Of a stretch of DNA of 64,000 nucleotides, positions 54,216-64,000 are shown in pieces (the stretch's first letter is position 1; every line of letters begins with the position of its first letter). The position numbers were made by a program, and so were the translations under genes. The notes beneath the pieces are model-generated. The model saw only the letters and a program-made list of their open reading frames with translations, was not told the DNA's origin and ran no database searches. This DNA comes from the human T2T-CHM13v2.0 reference genome, Homo sapiens, in NCBI RefSeq assembly GCF_009914755.1, contig NC_060928.1; one strand, given 5' to 3'.

Positions 54216-54497
54216 AGAAAGACAAATACTGCATCATTCCACTTATATGAGGTATCCAAAGTAGTAAAATATGTAGAGAGAGACAGTCAAATGGTGGATG
54301 CCAGAGGATTGTGGGAGGAGGAAATGGAGGATTATTTAATGGGTATAGAGTTTCAGTTTTGCAAGATAGAAAAGTTCTGGAAATTTTTTTTTCACAACAA
54401 TGGGAATACACTTGAAACTATTGAACTGTACATTTAAAAGTAGTTAAAGTGTAATTTACCACAGTTAAAAATAAAGTAAAATAAATAAATACATAAA
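54216..54497 (+). mobile_element. L1MB-like 3' end
   Basis: gacaaatactgcatcattccacttatatgaggta...aatgggtatagagtttcagttttgcaagat...tgaactgtacatttaaaa followed by an A-rich tail. Confidence 0.88.
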
Positions 54498-55293
54498 AGG
54501 TATTGACCTTTAAGAAATAGTTTATTCCTTTTAAATGCAGTCATTTACTAGAATATTACATGGAATCTCTTCAATTATCTTCCTTTTTCTGAAAATAGAC
54601 AAGCTGTACCATTCTTTGAAGCAAAGTATTATAAACTATCTTGCCACATAGTTTATCACAAGTGATCAGTTTTGAAATAAATAGCCTATTGGGATAAAAC
54701 ATCACATTTACTTTAATCCATATGAAATGGTTGATACTGGATAATTTTCTGACACAGAGTTTTGACCAATGTAAGAAAAACAGAATTCCAGAACCCCAAA
54801 TTGAAGACAAACTATGATAGTATGTCATAGCTGGGGTGAGGAATAAGGGAAATAAATATGCATATTGAAATACATGTATCAAATTTAACCTTTATTTAGC
54901 TTGGTTTAGTTATAATTTTAATTATTTATTCAAATAATACTCAATGGCAGCATAGGATGGCATGAATTTTTAAAAAATTATCAAGCCCAAACCTGAGAAG
55001 CATTTGCCTAAAAGTCACTAAAGAAAAAAGTCATTTAATTCATAATTTTGCTAAGGGAGGAATTCTACCCATAAGTTATTGTGAAGAACAAATGAGATAT
55101 GCCATTAGTAATTAGATATTTACCTGCTATAATATCTAAAAATTACCCTACCTAGAAGAAATGTAAAGTTTTCTTTATTTCAAAGTTCTCAGAATCTAAG
55201 TACTAAAAAGTAATTCACCTAGAAAACGTAATTTTATGTGCAACTACACAGGCACATAAAGGCCATAGTCCTAATACCATGAATTAGAGCTCT

Positions 55294-55828
55294 TGTACTG
55301 AATCCCTCTGGGTCTTCAGAGAACCATAACTAATAGGATATGCATATATATATCTTATATATGAGATTATATATATATATGTATGTATATATAAGAGCGA
55401 GAGAGAGATTGCTTTATTATAGGAAATTGGTTTACATATTTATAAAAAAGAATAAGTCCCAAGATCTCCATTTAGCAAGCTGAGACCCAGGAGAACCAAT
55501 GGTGTAGTGGTTTCAGTCTGAGTCCAAAGGCCTGAGAATAAGGAGAGCTGATGGTTTAAGTTACAGTTTTAACCTGAGTTTGAATACAGGAGAAAACTGA
55601 TGTCGAGGCTCAAATAGAGTCTAGGCAGAAAAAGTGAATTCTCTCTTACTCAGTCCTTTGGATAAGGTCCACCCATATTGGGGGGCGGAATTTGCTTTTC
55701 TCAGTCTACCGATTCAAATGTTAATCTCATCTAGAAACACCCTCACAGACATTCCCAGAATAGTGTTTAACCAAGTATCTAGGCACTCCATGACCCTTTC
55801 AGTTTGACACAAAAAAGTAACCTTTACA
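55294..55828 (-). mobile_element. MLT2B-like ERVL 3' LTR
   Basis: cagagaaccataactaataggatat with an internal (TA)n, gcaagctgagacccaggagaacc, and gtctaccgattcaaatgttaatctcatctagaaacaccctcacagaca. It is followed by the antisense polypurine tract agtccaccctt. Confidence 0.88.
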
Positions 55829-56730
55829 AGTCCACCCTTTGTCAACTTGGCACCCATATGCAACTCCTTAAGTCATACTTAATCTCCAAATGAAGGAAAT
55901 AAGAAGTTCATAATTTTTCCTAATATGATACAGCTATCCTGTGTACAGTTGAAAATGTACTAAACCCTTCCCCAGAAGAGGAAGTAGAGTTCTTGATTAA
56001 TGTTTACTCTTCTTCAGGATAATGTAATATTAATAATACTTAAATATTAGAATATGAAGTCAACATACCTTATGTTACATGATGAGGAAATAAGAGAAGG
56101 AAGAAAACAAAGATATTTTCTATACACATGAACATATTGATAAAAAAAAAAACAAGGAATATGTATGACAATGACAGTCCTCATTTTTGTAACTGTTCAC
56201 ATGGGCATAGCTGGTGTTTATAACTACCTTCTTCCACTGCCAATTTTGTATTCTCTTTGCCTTCAGCAAGCATCTCTGCTGATTGTGTTTCTTTACCAGG
56301 TGGAGTGACCTAAGCCCTGCCTGGATGAGGTTGCTCTAGTTTTCCATTGATCTTAATCACAGGGAATGGTATGCTAATAGGCGCCCTAAAGATCTCCTAC
56401 AGATGCACTCTTTCTTACCTCCATTGGGGAGTGCTATTCCAATTCCCCCTTGGTAGTCAGGATCAATCATGCTAAGCTGGAACAGTGACTCTTTTCCCTG
56501 ATGGCTAATTCAGATGCGTGAGGAGCTCAAAGTGGCCAGGTGGCAGTCTTAACTTCCAGTTCAATGGCATCATTGTGTCTCAATCAACATAGAAGCATTC
56601 CTCCCTTTGTTACTAAGATCTCTAGGCCAGCAGAGGATAAGGTCATAGGGACAGGAAACAGAAACTTAGAAATTTGGATTGTGGATCACTAGAGGAAATA
56701 GTGAATGATGCCACTTCCATTTTGCCCTGA
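55829..56730 (-). mobile_element. ERVL internal sequence (3' end)
   Basis: agtccacc...gtcaacttg, acagtcctcatttttgtaactg and ctttgccttcagcaagcatc...ggtggagtgacc match the recalled HERVL/ERVL 3' internal sequence. Confidence 0.85.
56310..56640 (-). pseudogene. Disabled ERVL dUTPase remnant
   Basis: The minus-strand translation gives TMMPLNWKLRLPPGHFELL and, in a shifted frame, MIDPDYQGGIG (dUTPase motif 3, GVIDxDYxGEI). In-frame stops and a frameshift lie between them. Confidence 0.8.
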
Positions 56731-57219
56731 GCTGAGAAAAAAAGGAAACATAACAGTTATTGAGTTATGAGCCATTATAACAATTACCGTTCATAAGTAA
56801 TAACAATTTCACTGTTTTCAGAACATTATATAATATTTTTAGAACAAAAACTACCTCAATAAATAAATTTATTGAGTTTAATATTTAAAATAAGAAATTC
56901 CAGTTATCACAAAAGTGATCTCCCTAACCAGTAGTAATCAGCATATCATTTGCAAAGAATTCAGGTGCAAATATAAACATTTAAAAAAATTCCTTAATAC
57001 TACACTTCTTATTACTATTGAAATTTCACAGTTGTCTTAGAAGTAAATAATTCTTGACACATGATTTATCTATGTTATGCAAGTTTTATTATATAACAAA
57101 CAAGTATAAAAACTAAAAATCATAAAAATATAAAAGAAAGTCATATTTCAGATTTGCTACATTTTAATAGTATCGACAATTTATTTAAAAGATTTGCTAA
57201 AATAAATGAGTTATTAAAT

Positions 57220-59700
57220 GCTCAGGATTCACTATTTACTGAGCATTACTAAACATTTACTAAACATTTAATTCACTGAGCTATTATTGTCCTTATCTCT
57301 GTTGCATAGAATTCCTTTATTCACAGAGAATCATTTATTGAATACATTCTATTTGACAAATATTATATAAATTGGCAAGAAATCCAAATTTAGGCAAATT
57401 TTTCCTGGAGGAAATGGTGCCTGAGCTTATCTTAAATGATAAACCAGCATGATAAGAGTGACGAATCATGTTGGTTAATAAAATTTCTTGCAGAGGGGGC
57501 ATTATAAGAAAAGACATGTGAGAATCAGCATGGAATAGTTGTGTGAGTGTATATGGCCGGCAGTACAAATGGCTTAGTCTCCTGGAAAGATAAGAATTGA
57601 GAGAGCAGAGGCATATAATAGATGGTGCAGCATTTTGTAAAATATATTTTTGAGTTAATTCATTTAATAATACATGTAGTCATTTATTATTATGTACCCA
57701 GCACTCTTCTAAGTGCTTGGGAAATAGTAAACAACAAATCAAGATTCCATCCCTCGTGGAGCCTATATTGTACAACATTAGAAACTAACTAGTGCTTTTG
57801 GGGGAAATTGAATAAGATAAAGATAATCCACTGTGGGGCAGATAGAGTAGGGGCTGGTGGCAGTATCAAGGAGGAGCATAGGAGTAGAGATAATAGAGAA
57901 GGTGATATATGAGCGAATTCCTGAAGAAGATGAGGGAGATAGCCAGGCAGATATTTGGGAGAAGAGCATTCCAGACACAGGAAAGAGATAGAACACATAT
58001 TCTAAGGTTAAATTGTGCCTTGCAATGTCAGGCTGAAGGAACAATAAGGAGGCAGGGGTCACTCCATTATAGTAAACAGGGAAAAAAAATAACAGGAAAG
58101 CAGTACAAAAGATGAACAGAGAGCAAGACGATGCAGGGCGTTATAAGCCATTGTGACAACTTACACATTTACTCTGAGTCAAACAGAAAATCACTGGAGG
58201 GTTTTTCAGCAGAGGAAGCAGGATCTGAGATCTGACTTAGGCTTTAAAACTGTCATTCCAGCTGCTGAGATGTGACTAAATTTCACAAAGTGCAAAGGTG
58301 GAAGTAGGAACCCTCCTAATGAAGCTATTGACTTAATCATCTCTAGCTGATAGTTGCTCCAGCAACGCTGCTAGTAGTGGAAGTGGTGAGTAGTCAAGTT
58401 ATTTATATGACTGTTAGGTAGAGCCTGAAGGATTTTCTCATGGATTGGATGTAGGATCAGAGCAAGAGCAGTAGTCAAAGATAACTTCAAGTTTTGGGGT
58501 TGGGAAAATTGAGAGGAAGGAATGCTTCTCAAATGAGATTGGCAAGGCAATGACAGGACAGGTTTGCTGAGAAATGTGAGGAGTTCATTATTGGACATAG
58601 AAAGTTGATGATGTTTACTAAAAAATCAAATAGAGACAAAAAACGAGTAATTAGATATTCAGAAATTTGCATGGCCCCTTAAGCAGTGGAAAGCCTCTGC
58701 AAGGTTTTAAGTTTGGAGGAATTATAGCCAATTGTATGCTGTAGTTTAGTGCTCTCTGGTGATAAATAAAGGAGATAGTTCTGAAAGAATAAAAGACTGA
58801 GCTAAGGGAGAACAGTTAATAGTTTTGTATAGCAAGATAATTTCAACAAATAAACACTGAGTGGTGGCAAAGATGGGTAAGAATAGGATGACTTGAGAAA
58901 TACTTTACAAGTAAAAATCATCATGGCCATGATTGTGAGTCCAAGAGAGAGGGAAAAGTAAAATAGTTTTCTAAATTGATTGACTTGTTAAATGTAAATG
59001 TCATTATCTGAAATCAAGAGTGCAGATAAAAAGCATATTTAGGTGGAAGATATTTTTGACTTGTTTCAATTTCAGCTCATATGGAATATTCAGATGGAGG
59101 CAACCAGTAGACAGTTGTAAATATTAGAGTAAAATTCTGGGGACAGGTCCAAGCAGAGCATATAAGTTAAGGCAAAAATTAGATTAATTTTAAAGTTGAA
59201 ACCATGAGATCAGATGTGAGCATGTTTGAGAGTAAAACATGGAATATTCCCAAGATATCCAAATGAATGCAACCACTTAAAATTTAGGTAAAGGAAGAGA
59301 GACATGTGAAAGAAATTATAGACTGGTTATAGCAAGGAAAGTCATGAGTCACTGGTAAAGGAATAAAAATTTCAAAAATAATATGATCCACTATGTTCTT
59401 TGCACACAGTCACTCTGTAAGATAAAGACTGTAAAAGTATGCTAGAAATGAGATCTTGGTGATAGTTGTGATAGCAGGTTCAGCAGAGGGACGCAGGTGG
59501 AAGTAGAAGGACACAGAAGTGGGCTGTGTACAGAGTCAGGTGACAACAGGGGCTCAGAGAGTGGGAGTGAAAACAGGGCCTACACTTCCAAGAGGTTCTA
59601 ACAAGAAGGGAAGGGATAAGGTGGAACTGTAGCTTTGGTTGTGGGCAAAGAGAGAATTACATTATCCTCTAAGAGTATCATGTCTCCCTCATTACTGGGA
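57220..59700 (-). mobile_element. Cluster of L2 elements (several copies, all antisense)
   Basis: Repeated L2 tails and body motifs: tttactgagcattact, tatgtacccagcactcttctaagtgct, tttactctgag...cactggagggttt, gtcaaagataacttcaagttttggg, gcagtggaaagcctctgcaaggttttaag. Confidence 0.75.
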
Positions 59701-60004
59701 GGAAGGAATATAGGAAACAGGACAATTGGAGCAAAGTCCCATAGAAGGTAAGATGTGCTTAAAGGGAAATTTTACTTTACTGTTAACAGCATAGATGTTG
59801 ATGAGGAAGAACAATCCTTCAGATAAATGTATAGGGGTTAAGAGGAAGAAAGTCAAGGAAAACTATGTTTTTTGACCACGAACTTTTTGATGGAGCCCTA
59901 AGAGTTGTCTTTATTGGTAAACAAGGGTTGAGTACAAACTTGAAATACTTGCAGAAGAAAATAGAAGTAAATCCTAGACTTAGGGAGTCAAAAGGATTAA
60001 TGGG

Positions 60005-60602
60005 TATATTAATTTCCTTTTGCTACTGCAAAATTTAACATAAATGTAATGACTTTAACAAACACTGCTTTATTACTTTACAGGTCTATAGGTCAGAAGT
60101 CTAACATGGGTATCAGTAGCTGAAATTAAGGTGTCAGCAGGCCTATATATCTTTCTGCTCTAGGATTTCCTTGTCTTTTTTTTTTTTTTTTGTTTACCAT
60201 CTAGAGGCTGTCTTTTTTCCTTGGTTATGACTTCTCATATACTCACTGTCACCAATGGTCAGTTGAGCCTTCCTCACACCACAATGCACTGACCATGACT
60301 CTTTTGTCTCTCTCTTCCACATTGAAAGGATCCTGGTAATTACATTGGACCTCCCCGAAAAATCCAGGGTACTTTCCCTATCTTAAAGTCAACTTGTTAA
60401 CAAACTTAATTCCGTCTACTTTCTTAGTTTCCTGTGCCATGTAACCTAACATATTCACAGTGGGCTGTGTACAGAGTCAGGTGACAACAGGGGCTCAGAG
60501 AGTGGGAGTGAAAACCTAATATATTCACATTTTCCAGGAATTAGGAGGTAGATACCTTCTGGAAACTGATATCTTTGGGAAACCAATGTCTTGCCTATGA
60601 CA
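60005..60602 (-). mobile_element. MLT1D-like MaLR solo LTR carrying a 57-bp foreign insert
   Basis: aggtcagaagtctaacatggg, aaggtgtcagcagg, taattacattggac, tgccatgtaacctaacatattcaca and atatctttggg...tgcctatgaca. TSD-like atggg / atggc. Confidence 0.85.
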
Positions 60603-62096
60603 ATGGCTGATGTTGAGGGTCAAGCTGAATTTAGATACAGTGAATGGAAATTATACGAATTTGTACAGGGACATTTACAGAGCACAATAAAGGAATATAA
60701 ACCCTTGGTTTTAGCATGGATTCAGGGTTCAAACTTGTGGTTTTCATGGAAGAATAGGAATACAGATGAATAATGTGATAATGAGAGAGTATTTTTTATA
60801 CTCTCTCAGTATAAAAGAAAACCAAAGTGTCCAGACTCATTTGCAAAAGAAAAGGCTGATCAGTTGCAGAGAGTGGCTGTGAGGTGGGAAATGGAGGAAT
60901 CAAAGAACTGGTGGAACCAATGAGATGGAAAAATAGCTACTATATATTTAAGAAAGTAAAAGAACCAAAAGAGAATATTCAGAGAATAGGACATTTGAAT
61001 ATAAAAATCTTAGAGTCAGATTGGTACTCGGTGAAAAAAAAACAAAAACAAAAAGAGGACATAAGCGTTAGAATAAGTGGTTAAAGAACAGTGGAAATGA
61101 TGATCATTGAAGTGGAGGCAGTCAAGCATTTGTTAAGTTATGGTGTCAAATGGACCTTACATACCCTAAAATCACCTAGGGTGATGGCTGACCTTGCAGT
61201 AGCAAGACCATGAGACTCATCTGTCCTAAATCACTGAGGGAGAACTGTCAGGAAAGTAGTCAAATATGGAGGTACTCACAGTGGAGGTACAGATGGCATG
61301 AGAAAAAAGAAGCAGAGATTTATACTTGAATCTAGAAAAGAAACTATCTGGAAGCAGCTTTAGAAAAACAGAAGAAGCCTCCCTCTACCTCCTGACACTG
61401 GAGTCTGTAAGAGGAATGAGAATAAAGAACCATTTCCTAGAGATGAGTGCAGAGGAAATTTTGGGTTGAGCCAGGTTTTATTTAAGGCACAAAAATGATG
61501 ACACGGCACCATAAGCAGGTGAAGATGCAGAGACATTTGTTTAACCATAGAGGAGCACTTAAATGGCACAGTGGAAAGTTTTGCAAGGGAGAGTAGCATT
61601 TGGAGCCAGAGAGAGGAATTGTAGAGCAGTATTCTATGCTGGTGAGAACGCAAGAGAAGTTAAAGGGCTCTAAGTTATTGAACTTTTAAATGACAACAAA
61701 GGATAGAAGTGATAAGTTTTCACAAAGAACGCTCTCTATATATTTATACTACCACGGATGAAAACAGAGGTTCTATGGTTTGTAGGAAGCTGATCAAGTT
61801 AAGAGTAGATGGTATCATTTATAGATACTACAGCAAGCTCAGGAACAAGTCTCAAATAGATGGGTCATCTCTAAAAAGGAAGAAGGGAAAAAGGGAGGCA
61901 AGGAAGTAAAGATGGAAGGATGGAAGGAAAGAAGGAAGGAGTCAAGGAATTAAAAAGAGAGAAATAGAAGAAAATTCATTAGATTTTTTTCCCAGTGCTA
62001 TAATGATAGTAAATTTGTCCTAGAATACTATCAACACAGCCCCTGATATTATCCTTTATTTTTCAGGATGGCATTAAAAACCAAAAATTTTGATAG

Positions 62097-62405
<309 letters not shown>

Positions 62406-62486
62406 AATGGTTGCATTTTTAAATATTAAAATGTAAGCCTTAAGTTAGGTCAATTCTGCATTAAAATAAACACCTATCTTATTGGC

Positions 62487-62526
62487 CACATGCACACACA
62501 CACACACACACACAAACACACGCACA
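62487..62526. repeat. (CA)n microsatellite
   Basis: Direct reading of the sequence. Confidence 0.9.
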
Positions 62527-62718
62527 GTCTTCCTGAACCATAAGTCATAGGTTTGACTTATGATTTTTCAATGTTATGATGGAGGAAATGTGAAATATAT
62601 TCAGTACTCTCCTTGACTTACTATGGGGTTATCCCTGCATAAGTTCATTATAAGTTGAAAATATTGTGTTTGATGAATTTATCATCATGTAGCCCCATTA
62701 TAAGTCAAGGAGCATCTA
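62525..62718. mobile_element. MER47/Tigger5-like DNA transposon remnant
   Basis: ctccttgacttactatggggtta...ataagttgaaaatat and the terminal ccccattataagtcaaggagcatct match the recalled Tigger5/MER47 TIR (cagatgctcctcgacttacgatggggttac) after CpG decay. Confidence 0.7.
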
Positions 62719-63807
62719 TATAGATATAAAATGTTTTTATCTTTAGAGATCTCTATTTTTAAATTGGCATTGTTTTGGTTTTGCTAGGTGAGTGTTTGTT
62801 AACATCAAGGGATGAGGATACGTTTGACTGAGAAAAAAAAAACTCACAATGTTAGTAAGGTCCTGCTTTGAAGAATGGCATGAAATAGTGGCATAACTGT
62901 TGTGTACCTCTTTGTCTAGTTACAGTCTATCACTCCTAATGGAATCTCCATGCATTTAGTACAACAAAAGAGAGAAGTAAGATTTTATAACCTCTTACAA
63001 TTTGAATAAATGATTCTGATTACATTACTACACTAGAAATGTAAACTGAGCAAGAAAATGATTTTAAAATTGATTTCTTCAGATTTGGAAAGTGAATTTG
63101 AAATTATCAAGGCTACTACTTTATACATATCTGCACCCAGTGTATGTTTTAAAATGATAATGGTCTGCCATTTAATCTGTGTTATATATATGTAACTCAA
63201 AAGGGTTTGGACATACTCAAAAATATCTTTTAGCTCTATGTGGGAAGAAGTAGCAGGAAAAGGGAGATACAGTATTACAAATTATAATGGGAGATATAGT
63301 CATCTGAGATACTAAAATAGCTGAAGCATTAAATGAATATTTCCAAATACATTTACAACAGAGAACATTTATGACTATCTATTCTATATCAGAATCACTA
63401 TGGCAAAGGTAATAAGACAGAAAAAATTCAAGTGTGAATTTTTCTCACTTAGTGTGTTAGTAGCATAAGACAAACCTCCAAAAATGTATAAGTTAAAGTG
63501 CAATTCCTTTAACATTTCATGAGGGATTGAAAATGAGAGTGTAACATTTGTTTATAAAGCCAACCTGCAACCTCAAACTTTACTAAATAATATTATTCAG
63601 AAAACATTTTTCCATTTTATGTGAACATAGCATTATTGCTTCCTAACAACATAGTTATTGATCACAATAATTCATTACAGGGTCCAGGTTACAGTGCTCC
63701 ATTCTTATTACTTTGCTTTTATTTTACTGTAAATAGTGACAGTAATAATGCTAAAGATAAAAACAATGATATTTTTGACACATAATTTGAATCACTGAAT
63801 TTTACAG

Positions 63808-63848
63808 CTTGCAAAATATGGAGAAATTGGTTGAATTGGCCTTTTCTG
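63808..63848 (+). other. Candidate small exon (unconfirmed)
   Basis: Acceptor ctgaattttacAG and strong donor CTG|GTAAGT bound 41 nt of unique sequence. Confidence 0.15.
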
Positions 63849-64000
63849 GTAAGTTAGTATGAGAAGTAAAACTTGAGATAGCATCATCAAAATTACTCTT
63901 CTTAAAACACAGCTTAGGTGGTTCATGATTTCTTTTAAACAATAAAGAAACTGATCAGTTAACTGGAAAAGATAACAAAATAAGTGTATGTACAAGCAGG

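Overview
This is AT-rich, CpG-poor primate (human-like) nuclear DNA, either deep intronic or intergenic. I find no recognisable protein-coding gene, RNA gene or CpG island, and the listed ORFs are chance frames or Alu/L1/L2/MaLR read-throughs. A large part of the window is interspersed repeats: eight near-full-length Alus (one AluY, seven AluS-type) plus an AluJ-type arm, L1 fragments from L1PA3-like to old L1M (two with 5' inversions), many L2 and MIR relics, four MaLR LTRs, an MLT2 LTR with adjoining ERVL internal sequence carrying a dead dUTPase, and DNA transposon relics (MER2, MADE1 halves, MER96-like, MER47/Tigger5-like). Subfamily calls come from remembered consensus sequences, and the boundaries of old repeats are approximate. 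I see no evidence of a new multi-gene biological system. The most unusual signals are repair scars. Two 51-57 bp segments were copied from about 1 kb away into other repeats: one is 100% identical with a 17-bp target duplication, and the other sits in a (TA)n tract. There are also fold-back hairpins, an AT-rich palindrome, a nested MER96/MST insertion whose TSD decayed through a CpG on opposite strands, a muscle/heart-like TF motif cluster near 52.3 kb, and several unconfirmed exon-like segments.
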